From Candidatus Geocrenenecus huangii (lineage in GTDB: Archaea > Thermoproteota > Nitrososphaeria_A > Caldarchaeales > Wolframiiraptoraceae): a stretch of DNA of 64,000 bases. The notes beneath the pieces are model-generated. The model worked only from the letters and a program-made list of their open reading frames with translations, was not told where the DNA came from and searched no databases. Position numbers and translations under genes: made by a program. Below, piece after piece: positions 45,786 to 56,477 of the stretch. The stretch lies in NCBI GenBank assembly GCA_023254095.1, contig JALNLM010000003.1, forward strand, positions 1-64,000, in the 5' to 3' direction. The first letter of the stretch is position 1, and every line of letters starts with the position of its first letter.

Positions 45786-46979
45786 ATGACATTAGAACGT
45801 AAGAGACTCCTCGTATTGGTAGTTGACCGTGATGATGATCTCAAGAGAAAGACAGGCATATCAACCCCTCTTCTAGGATATGACCAGAATCTCCAAGCAG
45901 CTCAAATGCTAGCACTAAGCGATCCAGAAGAAGCAGATGTGAACGCAATGTTCGGTGCTCTCAGAGTCTACAAAGAACTAGCCGAGAAAATCGGCGAGGA
46001 GAATGTGCAGGTTGCCACTCTTGCAGGAGCGGAAAGTGAAGGCCTTGAGGCAGATGAAAAGATACTCCATGAACTTGAGGAGGTTTTAAAAATATTCAAA
46101 GCAGACGGAATAGTGTTTGTAAGTGATGGTGTAACGGATGAATACGTCATACCGATAATATCCTCCCGCGTCCCCATAATATCCGTTAAGAGATTAGTTG
46201 TTAGGCAAAGTGAGTCTGTGGAAAGAACATGGCTTCTCCTAGGAAGATACCTTAGGCTAGCTTTTACAGAGCCTAGGTACGCTAAGATATTTCTTGGAGT
46301 GCCGGGGCTGATACTGACCATCTCAGGCGTTCTCTACCTTCTAAACATTATTTCATTACCGTTGATATTGACGGCCATAGGCTTGATCTTAATCTTTAGA
46401 GGATTCAACCTAGATCAGAAGACAATAGGAGTCTATAAATGGTTTATCAACTTATTCAGGATGCCACCCTACAGACAGCTTAGAGCATTCGCTGCATTCG
46501 TTTCATTAATCTTACTATTGGCTGGACTATACATCGGATACGTTTCAGCGATAAACACTCTTACTACTGTCTATCCTAATCCTCCAGACCCCTCACTCTA
46601 TACGTGGTGGTGGATTGACAAGATCCCATTACTAACAGGAGCCTTCATAATAAGTAGCATAGATATAATCTCAGTGGGAATACTGATATCGATATTCTCC
46701 AATACGATATACTACCTGTTCATAAGAGAGCAGAGATTCTGGAGTACAATTAGGTCGATTATTTTAGCGATCTGGATGTGGGCTCTCTTGAAGAGGACGG
46801 GGGTATTGATTATTTCAACGATTCTTGGTCCACTAGAAGAATTACAGATTAATTTGTTGATACTGGTTGCAGTCCTAGGAGTAGTCACGATGGTGGTGAC
46901 GTTAATAGTTACTAGGATATTGAGAAACATATATTCTGACTACTTTAAGCCGAGGAAGAAAGAAAGTTCTGAAGAATAG
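45786..46979 (+). CDS. DUF373 membrane protein
   Basis: LVLVVDRDDDL, DPEEADVN, VSDG and VVRQSESVE motifs. Confidence 0.85.
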   Translation: MTLERKRLLVLVVDRDDDLKRKTGISTPLLGYDQNLQAAQMLALSDPEEADVNAMFGALRVYKELAEKIGEENVQVATLAGAESEGLEADEKILHELEEVLKIFKADGIVFVSDGVTDEYVIPIISSRVPIISVKRLVVRQSESVERTWLLLGRYLRLAFTEPRYAKIFLGVPGLILTISGVLYLLNIISLPLILTAIGLILIFRGFNLDQKTIGVYKWFINLFRMPPYRQLRAFAAFVSLILLLAGLYIGYVSAINTLTTVYPNPPDPSLYTWWWIDKIPLLTGAFIISSIDIISVGILISIFSNTIYYLFIREQRFWSTIRSIILAIWMWALLKRTGVLIISTILGPLEELQINLLILVAVLGVVTMVVTLIVTRILRNIYSDYFKPRKKESSEE

Positions 46980-47057
46980 AATCCGGTAATACACAATCTC
47001 TAGGAAAATAGAATAGTTTAGAGATAAATTAAAGGAGCACACATTATACTTGATGTA

Positions 47058-47846
47058 ATGAGCCTACTTAGAGCAGCTTTAAGAATATTCGGGGTTTACA
47101 AATTATATGAGAAATGGTTACATGAGAGTATAAAGAATGGTGAGATACCATCTCACGTTGCAATAATCCTCGACGGAAATAGGAGATGGGCTTTAGAGAA
47201 AGGATACAATGCATGGATAGGGCATAGATTCGGAGCAGAGAAAGTCGATGAGTTATTAGACTGGTGTCTAGAGCTAGGCATCAAGATAATAACGCTGTAT
47301 GTTTTTTCTACTGAAAACTTTAAACGTCCTAGGAGAGAGGTGAAAGAGCTTTTCCAATTATTGAAAGAAAAAGGTTTACAGTATCTTAGAGATGAAAGAA
47401 TACATAAACACCATGTTAGAATTAAGGTTATCGGAAGAAAAGACCTAATTCCACAAGATGTAAGAGAAGTATTAGAGAAGATCGAAGAAGCAACACAGAA
47501 TTATTCTAACTTCTTCGTAAATATAGCGATAGCGTACGGCGGGAGAGCAGAGATAGTAGATGCTACTAGAAGCATCGTAAGTAAAGTTCTAAGAGGAGAA
47601 TTAAACATAGAAGATATAGATGAAAAAATCATCGAGAAACATCTCTACACAGCTGATCTCCCCAAAAATGATCCAGACTTGATAATTAGGACCTCGGGGG
47701 AAGAGAGGATAAGCAACTTTCTACTATGGCAATGTGCTTATAGCGAGCTAGTCTTTCTAGATGTTTACTGGCCCGAGTTCAGGAAGATAGACCTTATGCG
47801 AGCGATAAGAATATACCAGAAGAGGCAGAGGAGGCTTGGAGCTTAA
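47058..47846 (+). CDS. uppS: Cis-prenyltransferase (polyprenyl diphosphate synthase)
   Basis: ILDGNRRWA, FSTENFKR, YGGRAEI and IRTSGEERISNFLLWQ motifs. Confidence 0.95.
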   Translation: MSLLRAALRIFGVYKLYEKWLHESIKNGEIPSHVAIILDGNRRWALEKGYNAWIGHRFGAEKVDELLDWCLELGIKIITLYVFSTENFKRPRREVKELFQLLKEKGLQYLRDERIHKHHVRIKVIGRKDLIPQDVREVLEKIEEATQNYSNFFVNIAIAYGGRAEIVDATRSIVSKVLRGELNIEDIDEKIIEKHLYTADLPKNDPDLIIRTSGEERISNFLLWQCAYSELVFLDVYWPEFRKIDLMRAIRIYQKRQRRLGA

Positions 47847-48904
47847 GCGATAGCTAACTCGTACGGATGTGAAGTAAGCTTCACTACGCTATCTCTACCC
47901 ACTATGATCGTATCCTCTATACGTATGCCAAATCTTTTAGGAACATATATCCCGGGCTCGATGGTTATCACATTATTTTCTTGGAGTATTTCTTGGCTTA
48001 CAGGGTTGATTCTCGGTGGCTCATGGATGTCTATCCCTATACCGTGGCCAAGACCATGAACGAAATAATCGCCGTACCCTTTACTGGTTATCATTGTTCT
48101 AGCAACCTCATCAAGCGAAGAGGCGAGAATCCACGACTTCGTGTTTTCTTCAACCATATTCTTTGTATCAAGAACTAGATTGTATATGCTTAATATTTCG
48201 GAGGGCGGGTTGGAGCCGACATAGAATGTTCTCGTCATATCTGCACAGTATCCTTGATATGATGAGCCGATATCTACTACAACTATGTCTCCGTCCCTGA
48301 TCGTTCTATCCCCTAACCCACCATGCGGGAACGATGACTTCTCACCTGAGGCGACGATGATGTCGAAGGCTGGTTTATCAGCTCCCGAATTTATCATTTC
48401 TTCGAGTATCTCTGCCTTAATTTCTGACTCTCTAACACCATCACTGATGATCTCGGAAGCCAGCTCCATGCACCTAGAAGTTATCCCTGCAGCTTTCGTG
48501 ATCCTCGCTATCTCTTCCTGATCCTTTATGCTTCGAAGTCTCCAGATGATGTCGGGAGAAGCTTCCAATGATTCAACATTTTCTCTAAGCTTGAGATAAT
48601 GCTCAATTTCTAGCCTATCGAATCCCATCTTCTTCTTTAGTGAGGTTGGTAGACCGAGGACTATGTCGGCTACGCTAGACGTAATCTTCATTCTAGTAAC
48701 TTCAACCCCCTGTGTACAGTATGTTTGAGCAGCTTCATAATCGATAGGATAAACATAGAGTCTTGAGACTTCGTTAAGAGAGGTAACAAGGTATCCTGAA
48801 CACATGAACCCTGTAAAATAGAATATGTTGGCAGGCGAAGTTAATACAAAAGAAGTAAAACCTAATTCCTCCATCAAGGCTTGAAGCTTCTCCAGCCTCT
48901 CCAT
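47843..48904 (-). CDS. pepQ: Xaa-Pro aminopeptidase (M24B)
   Basis: YCADMTRT, HGLGHGIGIDIHE, TIEPGIY and GIRIED motifs. Confidence 0.88.
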   Translation of the reverse strand: MERLEKLQALMEELGFTSFVLTSPANIFYFTGFMCSGYLVTSLNEVSRLYVYPIDYEAAQTYCTQGVEVTRMKITSSVADIVLGLPTSLKKKMGFDRLEIEHYLKLRENVESLEASPDIIWRLRSIKDQEEIARITKAAGITSRCMELASEIISDGVRESEIKAEILEEMINSGADKPAFDIIVASGEKSSFPHGGLGDRTIRDGDIVVVDIGSSYQGYCADMTRTFYVGSNPPSEILSIYNLVLDTKNMVEENTKSWILASSLDEVARTMITSKGYGDYFVHGLGHGIGIDIHEPPRINPVSQEILQENNVITIEPGIYVPKRFGIRIEDTIIVGRDSVVKLTSHPYELAIA

Positions 48905-49135
48905 GAAGACTCAACTCTAGGAAAAAATTAGCTAAATCACTAAATATATTTATTGGATACATTATCTTTCAGACCTCAGCAGGTACAAGAATCATGTGGG
49001 TAAACTATTCAGCCTACTATCTGATACATGGTCTGATGTCTATCGGTAAGACTCTTTGTTTCCCATCGTATTATTAAGTAGGGGTTCATCTAATATATAT
49101 TAATAAGTCTTTAGTTTCCTCCATACCAGCAGAGA

Positions 49136-52100
49136 ATGGTTTATATTAAGAAATTAACAATCCAAGGGTTTAAATCGTTCGGCTCTAAGAAGAATTCTAT
49201 AGATTTTGAGAAAGGCTTAGTCGTAATAACTGGACCTAATGGAGGAGGAAAATCAAATATACTTGATGCTATAAGATTTGCTCTAGGAGAACTTAGCGCA
49301 CATAATTTAAGAGTAGGAAAGATGTCTGAACTAGTATATGATGATGCTTCAACCAGCATAGCTAAAGTTTCTCTAACGTTAGATAATTCTGAAAGGATAC
49401 TTCCAGTAGATTCCCCTGAAGTAACTATAACGAGAAGACTCGACAGGAATGGGGAAAGCGAATATCTTCTCAACGGTAGACAGGCATCCAGAGCTGAGAT
49501 ACTAACTATACTCTCCATGGCGAATATAAAGCCTACCAGCTTCAACATCGTGCCCCAAGGCTCAGTGACATCGATCGCTGAAATGAGTAACATAGAGTTA
49601 AGGAAGATGCTTGAAGACATTTCAGGAATAGGAGAATATGATAAGAAGAAGCAGGAAGCAGAAGAACATCTGCAAATAGCTGAGAAGAACATTGCAATAG
49701 CTAAAGCGGGGACAACAGAAGTTAAATCAAGAGTAAACCAACTTCAGAGAGAGAGGAACGAAGCTTACAGGAGGAGACAGATAGAAGATATACTTTCCGC
49801 CATAAGATTAGCTAAATTGAGGAGTACTGAGTCAACATTGAAGAAAGAATTGATAGAGCTAGATGCTGAGTTGATGAAACTTGAAGAAGAAATAACGAAA
49901 ATACAAGATAGTCGAGAACAGTATGCAAGAGAGCTTAGCGCAGCAGAAGAAGAATGGACAAGGTACACTAGAGAAATCTCTGAGCTTGAAGAAAAGATGA
50001 GGGGGGCAGAGAAGATTCGTGAAGAACTTAGACTAAGAGAAATATCTTTAACATCGGAAAAATCAACTACAATCGAAAGGCTGAGAAATATCGATATTGA
50101 GTTAACCAACCTAAAGAACTCGCTAGAAGAAAGCTCAAACCTTAAAGAGAACATCATACAAACAATAGCCAAAGAGAAAACAAAGCATGATTCCATAAAA
50201 GAAGACTTCTCTAACATAGTGGGAATACTTGAAGAACGTAAAAAGAAACTGGACCTTCTAAAAATCCAACTGAATAATCTTGAGAGAGATCTCGAAGAAG
50301 CAATTTCGAGAAAGAATAGATTAGAGAAAGACATCGAGTTGACTAAAGTCAGGATAGCTGAAGTCGAGAAGAAGATCACTTCAATAGAAGAAGAATCTAC
50401 AAAGATTTTGAACATTATTACAGAAGGTATTCAGGAGATCACGAAAATGCAGCATAGCTATAGAAAACGTGTAGATGAGTTACAAAAACTTGAAGAAACA
50501 TTAGAACATCTAAATCGAGAATATGTTAGACTGAGGAATAAATTATTGAAGGCCCAGGAGATTGAGAAGAATCTATCAAGAATAATCCAGACGATAGGCT
50601 CCATGGGGCTGATAGGAAAGAGGAGTTTAGAAGAAAAGGTCAAGGATGCGTTAGGAGAGGTTAAAGAGGTCTACGGAATATTGAGAGATTGGGTAGATGT
50701 AGAAGATTACAGGATGTTGATTAGACTTGAGGCTGGAACTTCTGGATGGATACATTCTCTCGTTGTCGGTAATTGGATGACGGGGATACAGTTAGCTGAA
50801 ATCTTCCATAAATCAGGATTAAAGATAAAGATCCTCCCTCTCGAAATGGTTAAAAAAGGAAATAACTTGAAATTTAAAGGAATTAAACCTAAAGCGAAAT
50901 GGGCTGAAGAGGTACTAAGCCATCTTCTAAAGAATATATCATTCAAGAATGTAGTCGAGCTCCCCCGCAATCCCAATACCGTAATAGTTGACAGTAGAGG
51001 GATTGTATCTTATCCAGATGGGAGAATAGAAGTTTCTAGCACGGTATTCGATCAGAACATCATACAGTTAGAACATGAATACAATGAGTCAATAAAGATC
51101 TTAAATCAGGTTAGAGCAAGGATCGAGGAGATACAAAACCTTCTCTATACCACAGAATTAGAGAAGAATCGAACATATGATGAGAAAGGCAAAATTAATC
51201 TAGAAAAAGAGCTTGAAGAAAGAGCACTAAAGAAGCTTCGAGAAGAAATATTCGAGAACTTCATAAAGTTCGCACACCTTCATGTAGAGAGGATTAAGCT
51301 AAAGAAAGAATTGTTGAATGATAAGCTGATGCTAGAGGAACATGTTAAGAATCTAGAGAGATTAAAGCAGATAGATGGATCCGAGATCCAGCTTCTAAAA
51401 GAGGATATTAAAAAGAATGAAGAAGAATTCCTTAATCTCTCGGCTAAACGTAAAGAGCTCGAATTAGAACTTCGTGAATCCTCCCGCTTAATTCAAGAAT
51501 ACAATAGAGAGTTTCAGAGACTTGAGGCTCAGATCGAAAAAACGAAGTTGAAGATTGAGGAGAAGAAGAAAGAGAAAGAAGAGTTGGAGAAGAAGCTTGA
51601 GCATATTCTGACGCAACACAACACAGTTCAGGCTGAGCATGAAAAACATAACCAAGAACTAAATAACTTGATAATGGGCATACAGCAGAGAAAGAATGAA
51701 ATAGAAAAACATTCATCACGTATCTCAAATATGAGGAGCGAGCTCAGACTTCTCGATTCAAGGCTTCAAGAACTAACTAATAAGAGGCTGAGCATAGCCG
51801 TAAGGAGAAGCCAACAAGAAACAGAATTAAAGAAGATTCGAGAAGAACTAGATTCTCTACCAGTATTGGATTCTCCTGAAATCCCCGTAGAGATGGCCGG
51901 TGAACTCGAAAATGAATTAATCGAAGAATTAAGGGAACTAGATAAGATTAATCAACTTGCACCACAACAATACGAAGAGCTCATTGGAAACTACAAGCTG
52001 AGGTCGCAGAGGATTAGAGAACTCGAAGAAGAGAGGGACGAGATATTCAGATTCATCAACTGGATAGAGAGTGAGAAGAGGAAAGTATTCATGAATACCT

Positions 52101-52543
52101 TCAACAAGGTCTCAGAAAGCTTCGAAAGATTTTTCTCTATCTTGACCGGGGGTCAAGCTTGGCTTAAATTAGAAGACTTCGATAACCCCTTTAGTAAAGG
52201 AGTAGAGATGATCCTACGATTTCCTGGAAAATCAGCGAGGTCTGCTAGAAGTGCTAGTGGAGGAGAGAAATCCGTCGCTGCCGTAGCTTTACTCTTAGCT
52301 CTCCAAGGATTAACGCCTGCGGAATTCTACGTCTTCGATGAAGTAGATGCACATATGGATATCAATTATAGTACTAGGTTGGCTGAGCTATTCGAGGAAA
52401 TGTCTAGGAAGACTCAGATAATAGTTATTAGCTTGAAAGATGTAATTGCAGAGAAAGCAGAGCAGCTGATCGGAGTGTATAATAGGGGCGGAGAATCTAG
52501 AATTGTCAAGATGAATGTTAATGAGGTTGTAGGCTATGAGTGA
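49136..52543 (+). CDS. smc: Chromosome segregation ATPase SMC
   Basis: GFKSF, GPNGGGKSN, PQG, long coiled coils with a central hinge, SGGEKS and FDEVDAHMD. Confidence 0.93.
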   Translation: MVYIKKLTIQGFKSFGSKKNSIDFEKGLVVITGPNGGGKSNILDAIRFALGELSAHNLRVGKMSELVYDDASTSIAKVSLTLDNSERILPVDSPEVTITRRLDRNGESEYLLNGRQASRAEILTILSMANIKPTSFNIVPQGSVTSIAEMSNIELRKMLEDISGIGEYDKKKQEAEEHLQIAEKNIAIAKAGTTEVKSRVNQLQRERNEAYRRRQIEDILSAIRLAKLRSTESTLKKELIELDAELMKLEEEITKIQDSREQYARELSAAEEEWTRYTREISELEEKMRGAEKIREELRLREISLTSEKSTTIERLRNIDIELTNLKNSLEESSNLKENIIQTIAKEKTKHDSIKEDFSNIVGILEERKKKLDLLKIQLNNLERDLEEAISRKNRLEKDIELTKVRIAEVEKKITSIEEESTKILNIITEGIQEITKMQHSYRKRVDELQKLEETLEHLNREYVRLRNKLLKAQEIEKNLSRIIQTIGSMGLIGKRSLEEKVKDALGEVKEVYGILRDWVDVEDYRMLIRLEAGTSGWIHSLVVGNWMTGIQLAEIFHKSGLKIKILPLEMVKKGNNLKFKGIKPKAKWAEEVLSHLLKNISFKNVVELPRNPNTVIVDSRGIVSYPDGRIEVSSTVFDQNIIQLEHEYNESIKILNQVRARIEEIQNLLYTTELEKNRTYDEKGKINLEKELEERALKKLREEIFENFIKFAHLHVERIKLKKELLNDKLMLEEHVKNLERLKQIDGSEIQLLKEDIKKNEEEFLNLSAKRKELELELRESSRLIQEYNREFQRLEAQIEKTKLKIEEKKKEKEELEKKLEHILTQHNTVQAEHEKHNQELNNLIMGIQQRKNEIEKHSSRISNMRSELRLLDSRLQELTNKRLSIAVRRSQQETELKKIREELDSLPVLDSPEIPVEMAGELENELIEELRELDKINQLAPQQYEELIGNYKLRSQRIRELEEERDEIFRFINWIESEKRKVFMNTFNKVSESFERFFSILTGGQAWLKLEDFDNPFSKGVEMILRFPGKSARSARSASGGEKSVAAVALLLALQGLTPAEFYVFDEVDAHMDINYSTRLAELFEEMSRKTQIIVISLKDVIAEKAEQLIGVYNRGGESRIVKMNVNEVVGYE

Positions 52544-53192
52544 GAAGGTGATTACTATCTGGAGTGATCCTAGGTGGAAGATATTATTCGACGTAACTAG
52601 GCTGGATAGGGTGAAGCCATGGGAGATAAATCTTGTAAAGATTATTAGAGCATTGTTGGAGGAGCTGGGAAAACTCGAGATTATAGACTTGAACCCATGC
52701 GGAATAGCATTGTATTCTGCAGCAACAATCCATAGAATGAAGACTGAGAAATTACTTAAATCAGATACGCCTAGTGAACCCAAAGAAAAACCTCAACTAG
52801 TCATCCCCCGACCTATAGATCTCCCTATCCCCCCGGAATTCATGATACTGACTATACAGGAGCTGGCCTCTTCCCTTGAAGCCGTACTCTACCAAGATTT
52901 TAAAACAAAAAACATCCCGGAACGATTACAAGCATTTACAGATCTGAGCTTTGAAGATTATCTAGTAAAGCTGGAAGAGAGGATCGAGGAATTCATAAAA
53001 ACCCTTAGGGAAATATTCACAGAATATGAGATGATCGAATTCAGGGTCCTGGTGGAAGGTGTTGATAAGTTAGAGGCGGTACGACGATTTATATTACTGC
53101 TCTTCGCAGCTGCTAGAGGCGTAGTCGAGATAATCCAAGATGAGGAAACAGGCAAGATCGTGGTGAAGTGGGTTGCCGATGGAAGACTCTAA
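52536..53192 (+). CDS. scpA: Kleisin ScpA
   Basis: PWEINLVKI, C-terminal RFILLLF..ARG.VEIIQDE; lies between smc and scpB. Confidence 0.85.
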   Translation: MSEKVITIWSDPRWKILFDVTRLDRVKPWEINLVKIIRALLEELGKLEIIDLNPCGIALYSAATIHRMKTEKLLKSDTPSEPKEKPQLVIPRPIDLPIPPEFMILTIQELASSLEAVLYQDFKTKNIPERLQAFTDLSFEDYLVKLEERIEEFIKTLREIFTEYEMIEFRVLVEGVDKLEAVRRFILLLFAAARGVVEIIQDEETGKIVVKWVADGRL

Positions 53193-53784
53193 AGACATCG
53201 TTACAAGGATTGAGGCATTGCTCTTCGCTGCATCGAAGCCTGTGGAGGTAAGAGAAATGTTAAGTATATGCGGCTTAAGAAAGAAAGAGAAAATATTATC
53301 AGCCGTAAAAGAATTAATGAAGAAATACAATGACGGTAGGAGCGCTATTGAGTTGGTTGAGCTTCCAGGTGAAAGATTCTATCTTAGGCTTAGAAGAGAA
53401 TACCATGACTTGGTTAAGAGATATGTGAAAAAACCGTTGTTTAGCAGAGGGATCATGAGGACACTATCGTTCATAGCTTACCATCAGCCAATAGAGCAGA
53501 GTAAAGTCGCAGCCGTTAGAGGAAATTCAGCATACAGACATGTGAAGATCTTAGTAGAGAGAGGTCTAGTAGAAGCTGAAGAAAAGGGTAAAACCAAGAT
53601 CTTGAAGACTACACAGCTACTAGCAGATTACCTAGGAGTACCAAATACTCCTTCAGCCATAAAGAAGGCATTAATGTTAAATTTAGAAGGAAATAAAGAG
53701 AAAACCGGAAACAGGTCTTCTGAGGATACAATGAAAGCATACAATTTCGAGAAATCTGAAGAACCTTTATCAAGCAGTGCATAA
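53173..53784 (+). CDS. scpB: SMC-Scp complex subunit ScpB
   Basis: IEALLFAA, TLSFIAYHQPI and LVERGLV motifs. Confidence 0.92.
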   Translation: MPMEDSKDIVTRIEALLFAASKPVEVREMLSICGLRKKEKILSAVKELMKKYNDGRSAIELVELPGERFYLRLRREYHDLVKRYVKKPLFSRGIMRTLSFIAYHQPIEQSKVAAVRGNSAYRHVKILVERGLVEAEEKGKTKILKTTQLLADYLGVPNTPSAIKKALMLNLEGNKEKTGNRSSEDTMKAYNFEKSEEPLSSSA

Positions 53785-53900
53785 GAGAACCATTCTATTA
53801 AGAGACTATGATGCAAGTCTTCATCGAGCATCTTCGTTAAAAATATTGTATAACGACTTTATCATTAAATATAGCTTTCTCATGAGATTACATGATATAG

Positions 53901-54287
53901 ATGGTACAGTGGCATTGGGATCTTCATAAGAGGAAGCCGACAGGCGGAAAGAAGCGCCCATATAGAAAGAAGAGAAGATACGAGAGAGGTAGAGACCCTG
54001 CTCTAACAATAATCGGTGATAGAAAAATTAGAGAAAAGAGGATAAGAGGTGGAGGAGTAAAATATTCACTTGCATCAGACCATTATGCAAACGTTATCGA
54101 CCCTGAGACCGGGGTCTGCAAGAAAGTAAAGATCTTGAGGGTTATCGCTAATAAAGCTAGTAGAGACTATGAGAGGAGAGGGGTTATAACAAAAGGAGCT
54201 ATAATAGAGACGGAGATCGGTAAAGCTAGAGTAACATCTAGACCCGGGCAAAACGGAGTGATAAACGCTGTGGTAACTAAAACATAA
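53901..54287 (+). CDS. rps8e: 30S ribosomal protein S8e
   Basis: RKPTGG, RIRGGG, ITKGAIIET and TSRPGQNG motifs. Confidence 0.96.
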   Translation: MVQWHWDLHKRKPTGGKKRPYRKKRRYERGRDPALTIIGDRKIREKRIRGGGVKYSLASDHYANVIDPETGVCKKVKILRVIANKASRDYERRGVITKGAIIETEIGKARVTSRPGQNGVINAVVTKT

Positions 54288-54370
54288 TTCCTGAAAAAAG
54301 ATACCCTGTAATACTCCGTATTTCTCTATCCCTCAGATATGTAAATCAAACAGACAGAGCTGGATATGAG

Positions 54371-54377
54371 TTTTTTT
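54371..54377 (+). terminator. Oligo-T terminator candidate downstream of rps8e
   Basis: T7 run ~85 nt after the stop; archaeal intrinsic terminators are oligo-T. Confidence 0.35.
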
Positions 54378-54575
54378 GTCTTAACCTCACTTCCCGCCTC
54401 CATCAATTATCTTTGCGAGAACCTGACGATAACTCATACGTGAAGATTCAACGTGATTAATCTAGTTCTACCCCATTTTACATAAAGGCGACAAAAATGT
54501 TGAAGAGTACAATCTTAAAATAGTTCCCAAGATTAGAAGTATACAAGATAATTCTTAGGTTGGAGAAGACGGTGA

Positions 54576-54863
54576 ATGATTAAGCGGGATGGCTACATTG
54601 TCTGGCCAATATATTTCGATAAGAACGCCCCTAGGTCTAGATGTAGACGTGTCCCCCTTGATCTAGCTGTAAAGAATCCGTCAATTGAAAAAATAATCGA
54701 AGCTGCGAAAAGCTTAGGATGGAGTGTTGAAATAGAAGAGGGAGCTCATCCATCTACTTGGTGGATTAGAACAGGTAGGTTGATAATTAAACCTAACAAA
54801 CCAATCAATAAAAATTCTCTAATTAAGACCCTGGCTCATCGCCTCAAAATACTAACCGAGTAA
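54576..54863 (+). CDS. srp19: Signal recognition particle protein SRP19
   Basis: IVWPIYFD..PRSRCRRVP..LAV.NP and HPSTWW..TGR motifs. Confidence 0.92.
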   Translation: MIKRDGYIVWPIYFDKNAPRSRCRRVPLDLAVKNPSIEKIIEAAKSLGWSVEIEEGAHPSTWWIRTGRLIIKPNKPINKNSLIKTLAHRLKILTE

Positions 54864-54904
54864 GAAAAGGTAAACTTTAAACATTCGAGAGAGAAAGAGT
54901 AGAC

Positions 54905-55153
54905 GTGTCGAAGAGAATAAATCCAGTGAGACTTGGAACATTGTGGAAGATTGTAAGAAACCGTCTAGTAATTAAGTGTGAGAGAAACCCGAGGATTAGA
55001 GTAAAAGTTTACGATTCATCTCTCAGAGAAGTTGGAGAAATAGTAAACATCTTCGGACCGGTCATCCAGCCTTTCGCCGAAGTCGAGCAAATTAATCCTG
55101 GTAATAGATACGTTGGAGAAGTATTCTACATCATTGAAAAGACGGAGAGGTGA
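54905..55153 (+). CDS. gar1: H/ACA RNP subunit Gar1
   Basis: VYD..LREVGEIVNIFGPV.QPF motif. Confidence 0.85.
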   Translation: MSKRINPVRLGTLWKIVRNRLVIKCERNPRIRVKVYDSSLREVGEIVNIFGPVIQPFAEVEQINPGNRYVGEVFYIIEKTER

Positions 55154-56019
55154 GAGGTATGGAGTATTGCCCACAGTGCGGGTCGAGTAGTCTCGTACAG
55201 GATGAAGAAGGCGGGGAGATAGTATGTTCGAACTGTGGGTTGGTAATCTCGCATAGAATACCAGACCGGAGACCTGAATGGAAACATTACAGCTTCACGA
55301 AAGACGATAGAGAAAGAGTCGGAGACCCATTAACGTTCCTGATCCATGACATGGGGTTATCTACTACAACCCTAGAATACGATCTACATTCCTACAGCAT
55401 ATCAAGAATACTCAAGAAGAACATAGTAGAAAGTGGAGATAAATCGTTAATGAAAACATTGTCAGCCATACATAGCCTCTCATCAAAGATGCATTTACCT
55501 GAAAGCGTTGAAGAAAATGCAGCTCTTATCGTTAGACGTCTCTGGAAGAAAGGATTAAGACTAGGTAGAAACTGTAAAGGATTAGCTGCGGCATCCCTCT
55601 ATGTTTCTTCAAAGATGTTCTCTATGCCTAGAAACATGAGAGAATTCATTATAAACTCTGGAATAAGCAGAAAAACATTCTGGGATTCTTATAAGAAGAT
55701 AATCCAAGATACAGGAATTAAGAAAGACCCAAGAACGATCGACATCATGATCTCCAAGATAGTTAACCAATCAAACCTTAAAGGAGAGGTTGAAAATCTT
55801 GCAAACAAGATAGTAGAAATGGCTAGAGATATGAAGATTGTAGATGGAAGAAAACCTGACGGGTTAGCTGCTGCAGCCGTCTATCTCGCTGCGAAGAAGC
55901 TACGACACAAGGTAAACCAACGTAAACTAGCCAAGATAGCTACAATAAGCTTAGTAACCCTCAGGAGTAGATGTAGAGAATTAGAGAGCATAATCAATAA
56001 GCTTCAAGATAGTTTTTAA
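55150..56019 (+). CDS. tfb: TFB paralog
   Basis: CPQCG..CSNCG, PEWK, HDMGLST, GRKPDGLAAAAVY and TLRSR motifs. Confidence 0.88.
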   Translation: MRGMEYCPQCGSSSLVQDEEGGEIVCSNCGLVISHRIPDRRPEWKHYSFTKDDRERVGDPLTFLIHDMGLSTTTLEYDLHSYSISRILKKNIVESGDKSLMKTLSAIHSLSSKMHLPESVEENAALIVRRLWKKGLRLGRNCKGLAAASLYVSSKMFSMPRNMREFIINSGISRKTFWDSYKKIIQDTGIKKDPRTIDIMISKIVNQSNLKGEVENLANKIVEMARDMKIVDGRKPDGLAAAAVYLAAKKLRHKVNQRKLAKIATISLVTLRSRCRELESIINKLQDSF

Positions 56020-56052
56020 CAAATCTTCAATAAAAAACGAATAAGATATATA

Positions 56053-56460
56053 GTGGAGGAGCAGTATTTACTCTTGGTGTATGTTTTGCCTCCTAAAATG
56101 AGTAAACTTGAAGAGAAAGCTATAAAGCTTCTACTCAAGTATGAGAATAGAGGTCTACTTCAATCAGAGTTATGGCATAAGCTTGGGGTAACCAGTAGGG
56201 AAGGATCTAGAATAGCTATAAAACTAGAGAAAAAAGGAGTAGTTAAAAGAGTTAAGGAATTCGCTAAAGATAGATGGACTAGAAGGCTTGTCCCATTAAT
56301 TAAGCAGGTAACTCTTGAACCTATAAAAGGTGCTCCATGCCCTTCTTGTATATACAATAATGTATGCGGTAAACAAGGTACGGTCTCACCAAATACATGT
56401 CTATGGATCGAGGAGTGGGTAACCTCGTCTACATCCTCTAAGAGTCTAGAGAAGACTTAA
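56053..56460 (+). CDS. RPC34-like protein / TFE beta subunit (wHTH plus Fe-S cysteine cluster)
   Basis: GLLQSELWHKLGVTSREGSRI..KLEKKG wHTH and CPSC....VC........TC..IEEW; conserved gar1-tfb-RPC34 context. Confidence 0.85.
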   Translation: MEEQYLLLVYVLPPKMSKLEEKAIKLLLKYENRGLLQSELWHKLGVTSREGSRIAIKLEKKGVVKRVKEFAKDRWTRRLVPLIKQVTLEPIKGAPCPSCIYNNVCGKQGTVSPNTCLWIEEWVTSSTSSKSLEKT

Positions 56461-56477
56461 CACTATTATTTTTAATC

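Noticed and set aside
49141-51728. Long minus-strand Ser/Phe-rich ORFs within smc (and similar shadows elsewhere)
   Set aside because: Antisense artefacts of Glu/Lys-rich coiled-coil codons.
54288-54575. SRP RNA or tRNA in the spacer before srp19
   Set aside because: The spacer is AT-rich with no GC-rich helices, cloverleaf or TTCGA T-loop.
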